Origin: a bacterium
GTDB taxonomy: Bacteria; Patescibacteriota; Microgenomatia; Levybacterales; UBA12049
Length of the DNA: 64,000 nucleotides
Direction of reading: 5' to 3'
Assembly (NCBI GenBank): GCA_021777565.1
Contig: JAJYDJ010000002.1
Coordinates: 69,082 to 133,081 of the forward strand
The position numbers and the translations under genes are program-made. Shown here piece after piece: positions 9,249-19,153 of the stretch; within the stretch, counting starts at the first letter, position 1; every line of letters begins with the position of its first letter. The notes under the pieces were generated by a model. It was not told where the DNA came from, ran no database searches, and saw nothing but the letters and a program-made list of their open reading frames with translations.

Positions 9249-10583
9249 GAGATTTCGAGTTATCCCCATGATCTCCTCATTGAGTTCTGCACTGTTTTTC
9301 AACAGGTTTTCCACCTTTTCGATTCCATGCATAATGGTTGTGTGATCTCGTCCCCCAAGTAAATTCCCAATTTCAACCAGTGTTGTACCTAATTCTTGTT
9401 TAAGAAGAAACATTGTCACTTGTCGTGCCTTGACCAAGGCTGCATCTCGCTTGGGGCCTTTGAGCTGGGTAGGTTTGACATCATAGTACTCACAGGTGCT
9501 TTTAATAATATCGTCTGAGTGCAGGCGGAAACCAATTGGTTTGGCGTCTTTTAATATATTTGAAGCTAGTATTTTCTCTGCAGAGACCTGTCGTGTCTGA
9601 GCCTCAGTCATTACTCGAAGCAACGCTCCCTCAAGGCTTCTCACGTCCTGTTCTTTCTCTGCAATTGCCTTGGCTATCTCAATATCTATGTCATAGCCAA
9701 ACTTCTCTGCCTTTTTCATGATGATTGCGGTACGCATGGCAAAATCTGGTTCTTGAATATCAATGGTTAGCCCCCCAGCAAATCGTGAAGAGAGTCTTGC
9801 TTCAAGTTTTTTAATCTCCTGTGGTGGTTTATCTGAAGTCAGAACAATCTGTCCACCAGCATCGATAATAGCGTTAAAGGTGTGAAAGAGCTCTTCCTGC
9901 ACTTTCTCCTTACCCGAGATGAACTGAATATCATCAATAATGAGCAGATTGGCACTTCTAAAATATCGTTTCATAGCACTCGTATTATTGTTTCGAATGG
10001 CGTCAACAACACGGTTAATAAAATCTTCACTGGTGCAATAAATAATGGTGAGTGAACTGTCTTTTTGGTATGCCTGATTGGCAATGGCGTGCATGATATG
10101 CGTCTTCCCTACTCCGGTTGGACCATACACAAAAAGAGGGTTGTATGATCGCCCTAAGTTATTGGCCACGGTTTGAGCAGAGACATAGGCAAGTTGGTTG
10201 CTGTCTGAGACCGCTAAGTTTTCAAAGGTGAAATCTTTTCGTACGCGTGGAATATGTCCCATACTTGGCATGACTTCCTTTTTCTCAGTGAAGTCAAATT
10301 GGTCTTGCGGGAGTTTCTCTTTTACTTGTTTTTTAACCGTTTTCGTAGCGAACTCAAGTGTTGTAACTGGGGTAGGAGTGTATTTACTCATGGTCTCTTT
10401 CAGAAGGCTTGAAAACTTCTTATCTAAAAAGTCAGCAACGACTGTGGATAACGTCGCAATTTTTACTGTTGAGTCTTGAATTTCTATAACTTCTGATGTT
10501 TTAAAAAATGAAGTAAAATTACCCATGGAAACCTCAGTTTTTATATCCTGGAGCGTTTTCTCCCAAATTTCTTCCGTAGTCAT
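9240..10583 (-). CDS. dnaA: Chromosomal replication initiator DnaA
   Basis: 'YNPLFVYGPTGVGKTH', 'LLIIDDIQF', 'GGRDHTTIMHG'. Start moved to ATG 10583 (MTTEEIW). Confidence 0.98.
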   Translation of the reverse strand: MTTEEIWEKTLQDIKTEVSMGNFTSFFKTSEVIEIQDSTVKIATLSTVVADFLDKKFSSLLKETMSKYTPTPVTTLEFATKTVKKQVKEKLPQDQFDFTEKKEVMPSMGHIPRVRKDFTFENLAVSDSNQLAYVSAQTVANNLGRSYNPLFVYGPTGVGKTHIMHAIANQAYQKDSSLTIIYCTSEDFINRVVDAIRNNNTSAMKRYFRSANLLIIDDIQFISGKEKVQEELFHTFNAIIDAGGQIVLTSDKPPQEIKKLEARLSSRFAGGLTIDIQEPDFAMRTAIIMKKAEKFGYDIDIEIAKAIAEKEQDVRSLEGALLRVMTEAQTRQVSAEKILASNILKDAKPIGFRLHSDDIIKSTCEYYDVKPTQLKGPKRDAALVKARQVTMFLLKQELGTTLVEIGNLLGGRDHTTIMHGIEKVENLLKNSAELNEEIMGITRNLRG

Positions 10584-10593
10584 CGTAGACTCA

Positions 10594-10622
10594 ATTAAAG
10601 AATGTGGATAACTTCTTGTCAA
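10594..10622 (-). promoter_or_regulatory. dnaA promoter with a perfect DnaA box in the spacer (autoregulation site)
   Basis: Minus strand TTGACA (10622-10617), 17 nt spacer containing TTATCCACA (10611-10603), then TTTAAT. Confidence 0.7.
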
Positions 10623-10669
10623 TAGATCACATAGACACAGGACAAAAGTTTTGGTACAATTACCCTGTT

Positions 10670-10804
10670 ATGGAAAGACTTCGTACCACAAAAGGAACCA
10701 AAAAAGCGCGCAAGCATGGATTCCTTGCTCGTCGCAAAACGGCAAATGGACGCACTGTCATTGCTCGTCGCCGCGCAAAAAATCGCAAAAGAATAGCTCA
10801 GTAA
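10670..10804 (+). CDS. rpmH: 50S ribosomal protein L34
   Basis: 'KKARKHGFLARRKTANGRTVIARRRAKNRKR', divergent from dnaA. Start at ATG 10670. Confidence 0.95.
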   Translation: MERLRTTKGTKKARKHGFLARRKTANGRTVIARRRAKNRKRIAQ

Positions 10805-11124
10805 TGTTTGCAAAACCTTTTCGCCTCACTCTTGGCAGACAAAAAATTCTTGGTCAGAGATTCACGTCCCCTACTCTTTCTCTTGTCGTTTCAGATAATG
10901 GTCTCGAGCATAATAGGTATGCCTGTCTTGTGACTAAAAAAGTAGACAAGAGAGCAGTCATTCGTAATCGAATCAGAAGGCTTGTTATTTCAGAACTCCA
11001 GGCGAAACATCTCCAAATTCACCCCAGACATGATCTTTTTTTTATGGCAAAAGTAACACAACAAGATGAAAAACAAATCCAAAGTGATGTCTCATCTCTT
11101 CTTGAACAAGCTCATCTGTTATGA
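10804..11124 (+). CDS. rnpA: Ribonuclease P protein component
   Basis: RNR motif 'KKVDKRAVIRNRIRR'. TAATG coupling to rpmH. Confidence 0.92.
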   Translation: MFAKPFRLTLGRQKILGQRFTSPTLSLVVSDNGLEHNRYACLVTKKVDKRAVIRNRIRRLVISELQAKHLQIHPRHDLFFMAKVTQQDEKQIQSDVSSLLEQAHLL

Positions 11125-11333
11125 AATATTTTTTTATTGCCAGTATCTGGATTTATCATGTTATCCTCTCCCCTATTCTTCGTAGTATTGTAGGAACAAA
11201 AAATGTCTGTCGATATACTCCTTCCTGCTCAGAATATGCTCTCGAGCGTTTACAAAAAGACGGGATCAAAAGTCTTCCTGATATTACTCGTCGTTTGCTC
11301 TCGTGTCATCCTTTTGGTACAATACAAAAGTGA
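11121..11333 (+). CDS. yidD: Membrane protein insertion efficiency factor
   Basis: 'CRYTPSCSEYA...RLLSCHPF'; position between rnpA and yidC. Confidence 0.92.
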   Translation: MKYFFIASIWIYHVILSPILRSIVGTKNVCRYTPSCSEYALERLQKDGIKSLPDITRRLLSCHPFGTIQK

Positions 11334-12157
11334 AAATAACTGGCATCTTTGCAACTCCTGTTCTTGGCCCAATTACTATCCTTCTAACCAATTTCCTTTT
11401 GATTTTTTATCATGGGTTTGTTTTTGCTAATATTCCTTATGCGCTTGGGTTTTCCATTATTGCGCTGACTTTGTTTTTTAGAATTGTTCTATATCCATTT
11501 ACTGCATCTCAAATCAGAACATCCGTAAAAATGCAAAAAATTGCTCCTCATGTGAATAAGCTCAAAGAACTCCATAAAAATGATTCCAAAAAACTGCAGG
11601 AAGAAACAATGAAACTCTATAAAGAACACGGGGTTAATCCTGCTGCAGGATGTCTGCCTATGATTATCCAGCTTCCCTTTATCTGGGCACTGTATGCGCT
11701 CCTGCAATATGTGGTAAAAACAGCCCCAACACAGGTGCTAACCGCGGTAAATAATGTCGTGTATTTCCCTTTCTTGAAGCTTCCCATGGTATGGGATCAG
11801 CACTTCTTTGGCCTTTCTCTTGGTCAAGCCCCTGCAGACATGTTCAAGCATGGGATGGTATGGATTTTGATCTTCCCAGCACTTACTGCGGCGTTACAGT
11901 TTATTCAATCAAAAATGATGTTTAACACTCCTGCTCCAGAGCCAGGGGCGCAAAAGAAAGACGACCTTTCTAGTGCAATGCAAACTCAATCTCTGTATAT
12001 CTTCCCAATCATGATTGGATTCTTCTCATATACCCTTCCATTTGGTCTCACTCTCTACTGGAATACGTTCACACTTTTTGGTATACTACAACAGTACTTA
12101 GTTGCAGGATGGGGTGGACTTGAATCCCACATTGAGAAATTCCTGCGAAGAAAATAA
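11330..12157 (+). CDS. yidC: Membrane protein insertase YidC/Oxa1
   Basis: 'GFSIIALTLFFRIVLYPF', 'GVNPAAGCLPMIIQLP', 'GLTLYW'. Probable GTG start at 11330. Confidence 0.95.
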   Translation: MKITGIFATPVLGPITILLTNFLLIFYHGFVFANIPYALGFSIIALTLFFRIVLYPFTASQIRTSVKMQKIAPHVNKLKELHKNDSKKLQEETMKLYKEHGVNPAAGCLPMIIQLPFIWALYALLQYVVKTAPTQVLTAVNNVVYFPFLKLPMVWDQHFFGLSLGQAPADMFKHGMVWILIFPALTAALQFIQSKMMFNTPAPEPGAQKKDDLSSAMQTQSLYIFPIMIGFFSYTLPFGLTLYWNTFTLFGILQQYLVAGWGGLESHIEKFLRRK

Positions 12158-12158
12158 T

Positions 12159-12602
12159 ATGGAACAAACAGCAAAAGAACTTATTCAGCAATTCTTCGAC
12201 GTCCTTGACGTTAAGACAGAATTTTCTGTCACAGAGGCAGACGGAGCTATTGAAGTTGAACTTACGGGTGAAGAAAATGGCATGCTCATTGGCTATCACG
12301 GTGAGACACTTGAAGCTCTCCAAGTTTTGATTAGTCTCATGCTTGCAAAAAAGACTGGAAGTTATATGCCAGTTTCCCTTGAAGTTGGTGAATATAAGAA
12401 AAATCGTATTGAACATTTGAAAGAAATAGTTGAGAATATGAAAGCTGACGTACTCAGTCAGCATCGTGCAATTGCATTCCCAAGACTCAAGTCATGGGAA
12501 CGTCGGTTTGTACACACATACCTTAAAGATGATCCAGAAGTTGGTACCCAATCAGAAGGAGAAGGTCGTGACCGCACTCTCTCAATTTATCCAAAAGCAT
12601 AA
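12159..12602 (+). CDS. jag: Jag/KhpB (EloR) KH-R3H RNA-binding protein, short form
   Basis: KH 'LIGYHGETLEALQ'; R3H 'ERRFVH...SEGEGRDR'. Confidence 0.9.
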   Translation: MEQTAKELIQQFFDVLDVKTEFSVTEADGAIEVELTGEENGMLIGYHGETLEALQVLISLMLAKKTGSYMPVSLEVGEYKKNRIEHLKEIVENMKADVLSQHRAIAFPRLKSWERRFVHTYLKDDPEVGTQSEGEGRDRTLSIYPKA

Positions 12603-13785
12603 GCTTCTAGAATATTCTTTTTTTCTTCTTATTTTTTGTTTTCCCATACAACTTGGTAAACATTTTTGGCCCTCATGGAGTTATCTACATGGAGTGAGAC
12701 TTGATTACCTCTCCCCCACACTCTACCTTACCGATATCCTGTCGCTTGTTGTGATCATCCTAGGAAGTATCACTCTGTATAAGACGTCACTTTATAAGTT
12801 CTCTCCTCGATCGCTTGTTTTAGGTGCCTTTTTATTGGTCAGCACAAGTATCAGTATTGCACTGTCATCAAACCCTTTTTTTGGATGGTATGAAATCATA
12901 AAAGGATTCGAATTTGTTTGTTTATTCCTTGTAGCAAAAAATCTTTTCAAAGATAAAAAAATACTAAGTACAAGTATTGTGATTTTGGTTGTAAGTTTGT
13001 TTTTGCAAATTGCACTCGCAAGTTATCAAGTTTTTTTTGCACATAGCGCGGGAGGACTTTTTTGGCTTCTTGGGGAAAGAACATTTGATGTAAGCACTCC
13101 AGGAATTGCACGTGATTCTCTTTCAGGCGTGTTACTTCTTCGTGGATATGGGACCTTTGCACATCCAAATGTTTTTGCGGGATACGTGGTTATTGTGGGC
13201 ATTGCAGCATGGTTTCTTTTTGGGGAAAGTAGATTGCGCTCTGCTCTCCTTTCATTACTCAGTCTTGGCCTCTTAGTAAGTATGAGCCGATTCCCACTTC
13301 TCCTGTGGGTCACATTCCTTACAACCGTCTCGCGCGGCACAGGAAAGATACTGTTTGGTTCCCTTTTTGTTTTGTTCATAGGTCTCCTACTACTTTTTAA
13401 TCCTCTTTCAGATCCGTCTCTTGCCGCAAGATTCGTGTATGTTCAAGACGTGTTTTATCACATCCAAAAGTATCCTCTATTTGGAATGGGGTTCGGAAAT
13501 TTTCTTGCTTTACCGGCGAGATTGGAGGCTGGAATAGGGCTTCCACAACCCGTACACAATGTTTTTCTTCTTATCTTGGATAGTCTTGGAATAGTGGGAT
13601 TTTCTCTTGTCTTAGTAGTGCTGTTTAAAACATTTCAGACCGCAAAAAAAGATAGGATGTCACTTCTGCTTTTTCTTGCCTGGATTGCGCTGGGGAGTTT
13701 TGACCATTATCTTTTGTCTCTTCAGCAGGGTCAACTGCTGACCACCCTTGTTTTTGCACTCATTTGGAGAGAGAATACGGTATGA
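12529..13785 (+). CDS. O-antigen ligase / O-oligosaccharyltransferase family membrane protein (start uncertain, 12529 or 12568)
   Basis: About 12 TM; 'RGYGTFAHPNVFAGY', 'PLFGMGFGNF', 'PVHNVFL', 'FDHY'. Confidence 0.8.
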   Translation: MIQKLVPNQKEKVVTALSQFIQKHKLLEYSFFLLIFCFPIQLGKHFWPSWSYLHGVRLDYLSPTLYLTDILSLVVIILGSITLYKTSLYKFSPRSLVLGAFLLVSTSISIALSSNPFFGWYEIIKGFEFVCLFLVAKNLFKDKKILSTSIVILVVSLFLQIALASYQVFFAHSAGGLFWLLGERTFDVSTPGIARDSLSGVLLLRGYGTFAHPNVFAGYVVIVGIAAWFLFGESRLRSALLSLLSLGLLVSMSRFPLLLWVTFLTTVSRGTGKILFGSLFVLFIGLLLLFNPLSDPSLAARFVYVQDVFYHIQKYPLFGMGFGNFLALPARLEAGIGLPQPVHNVFLLILDSLGIVGFSLVLVVLFKTFQTAKKDRMSLLLFLAWIALGSFDHYLLSLQQGQLLTTLVFALIWRENTV

Positions 13786-14216
13786 ATGTCATCCTTATTC
13801 GAACTGATGGAGGATCACGAGGAAACCCTGGTCCAGCAGCCTCAGGGTATGTGATTGAGAAGGACGAGAATGTTATCGCTTCAGAAGGATATCCACTCGG
13901 TGACACAACCAATAATGTTGCTGAATATACTGCCGTGCTTCGTGCCTTTACTTGGTTAGCCTCACATCGGGAATCGATCGGGGATATTTCGGGAATAGAC
14001 CTCCGCATGGATAGCCTCCTTGTGTGCCAGCAGCTTAACGGCGTGTATAAAATAACCAAACCTCATTTACAGGAGATTTATGCTCAGATACAGGCACTTA
14101 TGAAGCAATTCCAGGTGCCAATTACCATAAAGCATGTGTACCGGGAAGAAAACACAAAGGCTGACTGGTTGGTGAACCTTGCGCTAGACAGTAAGATGAC
14201 GGTTTCTCTACAATAA
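13782..14216 (+). CDS. rnhA: Ribonuclease HI
   Basis: 'TDGGSRGNPGPA', 'TNNVAEY', 'DSLLVCQQ', 'HVYREENTKAD'. Confidence 0.93.
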   Translation: MNVILIRTDGGSRGNPGPAASGYVIEKDENVIASEGYPLGDTTNNVAEYTAVLRAFTWLASHRESIGDISGIDLRMDSLLVCQQLNGVYKITKPHLQEIYAQIQALMKQFQVPITIKHVYREENTKADWLVNLALDSKMTVSLQ

Positions 14217-14220
14217 CAGT

Positions 14221-16884
14221 GTGTCTGCCCCAACAATTACACCAGAAACACAATCCATGGCGCCAATCCTTATTGTTGATAAGGGAGGGTTTTGGGGGGA
14301 GAGAATAGCCGATATTCTCAAGGATTTCTCTCAGGTAGTCCTGGTGTCCCCTCAGGAAAACGAGGCTACAGTCAACCCACTCTTCGTAAAATTTCATGAA
14401 AACATACCACAAATACCATCCGATAATTATTCACACGTGATTATTTTCTGGGATGGGGACAGTGTGACAAAGTTGCTTGTTGAGGCAAGTTTGGAGAAGG
14501 CTAAGGCAGACAATGCACGGATGCTTGTGTTTTTTACACAGAGCACATGGAACAGTGATATCGCGGCAGTGGTGAGACAGCACGGGGGAGTGGTTGGGGT
14601 TATTGGAGATGTATTTGGATCAGGGAGTAGTAGTCTTGCCCACGTACCACTAGATCATTACATTGTTGATGCAAAGAAAAAACATGGTGTCGAGCTTGCA
14701 GATATGGGACTTGTGACGAGAATGCCTATCTCATACAGTGAGACAGTAAAAGCACTCCTGACTCTCATCTTCCAGGAAGATAAACCTGCGCAGATACAAC
14801 TTCTCTACCCAGCAATCCCGACAACTGAATTGGGCTTTTTAAATGCACTAAAAAAGATTGACCCTGAGATTGGAATACGATTTCTTCCAAAAAAAGACTT
14901 GCCGACAACAAGAGAGATACCAGGTGTCTATGTACTCAATGACATTACTGATCCATTGAAAGAACTCCCTGACGTATATGCGCATACGGAAGTCACAAAA
15001 GAGGAAATAGCGGAGTTTGAGGAGCAGGTAAGACAAATGCAACCACCAGCGATAGTAAAGCATATAAAAAAACAAAAGCCGGTAGGGAAATGGTTTGTCT
15101 GGATGGTGAGTACGACGATCCTACTTAGTATTTTTGCCCCGTTGTTACTTCTCTTGGGGGCAGGGGGTTTTTTTCTCTCAGCAAAAAATGCAATTGAGTC
15201 GGGGAATGTTAAACAGAGTATCCAAAGCTTAACGCGAGGAGTGCAGTTAATAGATGGATACCAGGTTACTAGTTCGCCATGGCTACGATTGGCAACAAAT
15301 ATCTTGCCGCAAATACTTCCTTTGTCAGATCGGATCAATGGACTGTCAGTGGTAGGCAATAGTGCTCTGACGATCATGAGTTCTGCGGAAGGTATGACAC
15401 AATCTGGTGGGTATGCATCAGTAAACCTTTCTGAAGTGGGAGCAGTGAGCCGTCTTGGGATACAGCAGTTGCTAACAAATCAATGGCTTGCAGGAGAAAA
15501 AAAGAACTTTTCAATCACTGATATAAACACAACCCTCAGCGCACTTTCTCTTTTGCCTGTCATGGCTCCGCAACAGGGAACAAAACACTATCTTATTCTT
15601 TTCCAGAACAATGCAGAGCTGAGGCCGGGTGGTGGATTTATCGGTTCATACGCCATAGCAGATGTTACTAATGGGCAGTTGGCAAATCTTGATATTAAGG
15701 ATGTCTATGACGCTGATGGACAATTGAAGGGGCATGTTGAGCCACCATTTTTCTATCGACGATATCTGGCGCAACCTCACTTGTATCTGAGAGATAGCAA
15801 TTATGAATTTGATTTTCCAACGAACGCGCAGCATGCAGAGAGCATGCTCCACGCAGAACTTGGTCAGGATGTGGATGGAGTCATTGGCGTTGATCTTTTT
15901 GTTGTACAAGGCTTGTTGCAAGCGGTTGGCCCGGTCTATATTCCAGATTTTCAGGAAACTGTTACTGCAGACACATTCTTTCAACAAGCAGAGTCTCATT
16001 CTCAGGACAATTTCTTTGCAGGGTCCACACAAAAGAAAGATTACTTAGGAAGTGTTGTTCGTGCCCTTATGCCTAAACTCTCAGAGCAGGGGAACATGCT
16101 TTCGCTATCACGTGAACTTTTGAGTCTTGTCCAGAAAAAGCATATTCAGATATATAGTAATGATCAGGCGGCACTGGATATTCTCACCGCATCACATATG
16201 TCAGGTTCAGTTTGGGATGGAAGACCAAAAGGTGCAGGAAGATTAAATGACACGTTGTTTGTTAATGAAGCAAATGTTGGCGTGAACAAAGCGAATCAAG
16301 CAGTTACACGCACGCTTGATCAGACACTCATCGCCAGCAGTGACGGCACACTCTCAGACCAGGTTGTGCTTCAGATACAAAACACTAACCAAGAGGCGAG
16401 CGCTGCTGCAGGCATGTACACGAGTTACGTCCGTTTCCTTATCCCAGATGGTTCTACCCTTAGTACTATTGCTATTGATGGTGGGCTGCAACATGTCGTG
16501 CTTGCCGTGACTGATCCAAAGATATATGAAGGGAAAACATTTAAAGTTGATCCTATGGTGCTAGAAGTGAATCAAACGAGCGAGTTTGGAAAGAAAAGTA
16601 TTGGATTCTTGATCCGTGTTCCACAAAACACCACACAAAACATTCAACTAACGTATCAGCTTCCTTGGAGACTGACCTCTGCACAATCTCTGTTAACGTA
16701 CTCACAGCAACTGATAAAGCAATCTGGTATCGAAAGTATCCCGTATACCTTCCACACCCAATTTAATGGACTCTTTCACGCACTTACCAGTGATGCAGGG
16801 AAGCCAAACAGTGATGGAAGTCTTGAGAAGGCAATTGATTTACAATCAGATGTGACATTTACTTTCCCACTGGCAAGAAATTAA
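14221..16884 (+). CDS. DUF4012-domain membrane-anchored protein with cytoplasmic N-terminal domain
   Basis: Central TM, then 'YLILFQNNAELRPGGGFIGSY', 'LRDSNYEFDFP', 'VDGVIGVD', 'GVNKAN'. Confidence 0.8.
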   Translation: MSAPTITPETQSMAPILIVDKGGFWGERIADILKDFSQVVLVSPQENEATVNPLFVKFHENIPQIPSDNYSHVIIFWDGDSVTKLLVEASLEKAKADNARMLVFFTQSTWNSDIAAVVRQHGGVVGVIGDVFGSGSSSLAHVPLDHYIVDAKKKHGVELADMGLVTRMPISYSETVKALLTLIFQEDKPAQIQLLYPAIPTTELGFLNALKKIDPEIGIRFLPKKDLPTTREIPGVYVLNDITDPLKELPDVYAHTEVTKEEIAEFEEQVRQMQPPAIVKHIKKQKPVGKWFVWMVSTTILLSIFAPLLLLLGAGGFFLSAKNAIESGNVKQSIQSLTRGVQLIDGYQVTSSPWLRLATNILPQILPLSDRINGLSVVGNSALTIMSSAEGMTQSGGYASVNLSEVGAVSRLGIQQLLTNQWLAGEKKNFSITDINTTLSALSLLPVMAPQQGTKHYLILFQNNAELRPGGGFIGSYAIADVTNGQLANLDIKDVYDADGQLKGHVEPPFFYRRYLAQPHLYLRDSNYEFDFPTNAQHAESMLHAELGQDVDGVIGVDLFVVQGLLQAVGPVYIPDFQETVTADTFFQQAESHSQDNFFAGSTQKKDYLGSVVRALMPKLSEQGNMLSLSRELLSLVQKKHIQIYSNDQAALDILTASHMSGSVWDGRPKGAGRLNDTLFVNEANVGVNKANQAVTRTLDQTLIASSDGTLSDQVVLQIQNTNQEASAAAGMYTSYVRFLIPDGSTLSTIAIDGGLQHVVLAVTDPKIYEGKTFKVDPMVLEVNQTSEFGKKSIGFLIRVPQNTTQNIQLTYQLPWRLTSAQSLLTYSQQLIKQSGIESIPYTFHTQFNGLFHALTSDAGKPNSDGSLEKAIDLQSDVTFTFPLARN

Positions 16885-17712
16885 TTAGTGTGTAAAAAGG
16901 TGGAAGACTTCAACAAATCCCCAGAAAGCAATGGCGACAAACGCAATACTGCCAATGAGGGCAATGATAGGCTCGCGAACAATTTTGATCGTTCTTGTTG
17001 GTGAAGCAAAAAGTGCCATATTAAGGATCATATGTCCCAAAAAGACACCGGTTGAAAAACTCACAACATTTACAATTGAAAAAAGTGGGATGTAGCCTGC
17101 AAAATCATCAAGACCGAGAATGAAGGGGATAGTGAAAGCAAAAATGATTAACGTGATAAAGGAGGGAAGTGTTGTCGCTTTTGTCCCGGATGCTGGCAGC
17201 AGTACTCGAAGAAGTGGTGCGGTGATTTTATTGATGGGACTTAGTAATTGCACGCCACTCTGAGCAAGTCTCTGTATCAATGAACCGCGTGATGACTCTT
17301 CAAGAATCTCAGAAAGGCCATCCTCGCCCATACGCAGAAGAACAAAGGCAGCAAGAATGATCATAACAGCCAATAGTGGTTGTATCTCCTTAAAGAATGT
17401 CCAGATGATAAGAATAAGAAATGTCCCAAGACCATTACCCAAGGCTGTCCCAACCTCAATAGCTATACGATTTTTCCATCCTTGGTTTTTTGACATAAGA
17501 TTGCCAATAAAAAGTGCAAAATCAATAGAGGTTTTTACATAGATTGTGAACCCGACAAGAATATCCGCGACGTAAAATTGTGGAAAGATTTTGTCTTTAG
17601 TTGGGAAAAGATTAAGGACATGAGTAAGTCCTAGAAGCATAAGAATGAGCACGCCACAAGTGATTGCGGTAAGAAATATAGGAATTAGTTGATTTTTAAT
17701 GGAACTCTTCAT
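16885..17712 (-). CDS. Membrane protein, possibly CadD/LysE-superfamily metal transporter
   Basis: About 7 TM; acidic motifs 'KTSIDFALF' and 'GLDDFAGYIPLF' resemble CadD repeats. Start at ATG 17712, 1 nt after the nth stop. Confidence 0.5.
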   Translation of the reverse strand: MKSSIKNQLIPIFLTAITCGVLILMLLGLTHVLNLFPTKDKIFPQFYVADILVGFTIYVKTSIDFALFIGNLMSKNQGWKNRIAIEVGTALGNGLGTFLILIIWTFFKEIQPLLAVMIILAAFVLLRMGEDGLSEILEESSRGSLIQRLAQSGVQLLSPINKITAPLLRVLLPASGTKATTLPSFITLIIFAFTIPFILGLDDFAGYIPLFSIVNVVSFSTGVFLGHMILNMALFASPTRTIKIVREPIIALIGSIAFVAIAFWGFVEVFHLFTH

Positions 17713-17713
17713 G

Positions 17714-18409
17714 TTAGGCACACAGAATGCAGGATGGGTCATTGCAGCGGATTTGTTTGGCTTTTGCCATCCTTTTATTTCTCCCATGTTCTATAAGCAT
17801 ATAAGTAAGTTGATGCCACTGACTTTGTGGGAAGAGTGCCATTAAGTCTTGTTCAATTTTTTCTGGTGTTTTATTTTTTGACAAACCCAAAAGCTGAGAT
17901 TGTTTCATGACGTGTGTGTCAACCGCAATTCCTTCATCAATATGGTAGGCATTGGAGAGAAAGACATTGGCTGTTTTCCTCCCAACTCCTGGTATTGTTG
18001 TCATTTCAGTAATTGTTTTAGGAAGTATCCCATGGAACGTATCAAGGACAACTTTTGCAGCTTTCTGCACGTTATTTGCCTTATTGTGGTAAAACCCAGT
18101 CTGTTTAATATCCTGCTCAAGTTCGTGGAGGGGAGTAAAAGCAAAATTCACTATTTGTACCAGCTCATCATGAGGAAGTTTCACCGTCTTCTCATATGTT
18201 GCATATGTTTGTTTCAGTTCACTGCGTTCTTTTTTAAATTTGGGGAAGAGAAGAGCTGTCACCTCATTTACTTTTTTGTCAGTACACTGAGCAGAGAGAA
18301 TAATTGCGACTAGAAGTTCAAAATGATTACTAAAGTCGAGAACAATGTGAGCATGAGGGTAATGTTTTTGAAGGAGGTCAAAGAGTTTTTGTGCTTCTTG
18401 GGTTGTCAT
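17714..18409 (-). CDS. nth: Endonuclease III (HhH-GPD glycosylase)
   Basis: 'FELLVAIILSAQCTDKKVN', 'PGVGRKTANV', 'AVDTHV'. Confidence 0.92.
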   Translation of the reverse strand: MTTQEAQKLFDLLQKHYPHAHIVLDFSNHFELLVAIILSAQCTDKKVNEVTALLFPKFKKERSELKQTYATYEKTVKLPHDELVQIVNFAFTPLHELEQDIKQTGFYHNKANNVQKAAKVVLDTFHGILPKTITEMTTIPGVGRKTANVFLSNAYHIDEGIAVDTHVMKQSQLLGLSKNKTPEKIEQDLMALFPQSQWHQLTYMLIEHGRNKRMAKAKQIRCNDPSCILCA

Positions 18410-18421
18410 ACGGCGAGTATA

Positions 18422-19135
18422 TCATGAATGCTCTGTAAACGTGGCGTATAGTCCAATTCCAACGGCGATAGAAAGATTGAGACTATCGATCACGTCTGTC
18501 TGTTCAATTCTGACTGGTATGCACGACTTGGCAAAGGATTCATCAAGTCCAGCTCCTTCAGGACCAAATACAAGAGTGTAGGGGGGAGTAAAAGTGATAG
18601 ATTGTAACAGCTTTGATCCCGTGAGCATAAACGCATAGCAGGTTCGAGAAAATACTTTTTGGTAATTTTCAAATGTTTGGAAATACATAACGTTTGTGTG
18701 AAAGACCTCGCCCATAGATGCGCGAATAACCCGAGGATCATAGATATCTACTGCAGGAGTGACAATTGCAAGATTATTTGTCGCAAATCCAGACATCGTG
18801 CGGATGATGGTCCCAAGATTGCCGGTATCGCTTGGATTGACAAGAATCACATGATTTTCTTCAGGAATAAGTTGAGTTTGGTATTTTTCAAAAATACCTA
18901 TGACATACGTATTCTCACTTTTACTTAATACTTCGATTTGTTTGTCGTCAATGCGTGAGGGGATATTATGCTTTTTGAGTAGCGCTCTTACTTTTTCTAT
19001 TCCTTCTCCTTGCGCTTTTGATGAGAAGAGAACTTCTTGTACATGTTGGGGTTGGTACGCTAAAAGTCCAATAGTTGGGGATGTCCCAAGCGTATAGGAA
19101 TATGAAAAATCTTTTTTGTATGGTTTATATTTCAT
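18422..19135 (-). CDS. TrmH/SpoU family RNA 2'-O-methyltransferase
   Basis: 'DTGNLGTIIRT', 'FGPEGAGL', 'DSLNLSIAVGI'. Confidence 0.92.
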   Translation of the reverse strand: MKYKPYKKDFSYSYTLGTSPTIGLLAYQPQHVQEVLFSSKAQGEGIEKVRALLKKHNIPSRIDDKQIEVLSKSENTYVIGIFEKYQTQLIPEENHVILVNPSDTGNLGTIIRTMSGFATNNLAIVTPAVDIYDPRVIRASMGEVFHTNVMYFQTFENYQKVFSRTCYAFMLTGSKLLQSITFTPPYTLVFGPEGAGLDESFAKSCIPVRIEQTDVIDSLNLSIAVGIGLYATFTEHS

Positions 19136-19153
19136 GTGGCAAGTATAGCAAAC

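Noticed and set aside
10443-10451. Perfect DnaA box inside the dnaA CDS
   Set aside because: A single site in coding sequence; not enough to call a separate element.
10604-10803. Long N-terminal extensions of rpmH and rnpA in the ORF track (likewise dnaA, glmS, yvcK, dnaG, pcrA, ruvC, rpsT)
   Set aside because: Family N-termini and adjacent -10 boxes or stop-start coupling indicate downstream starts.
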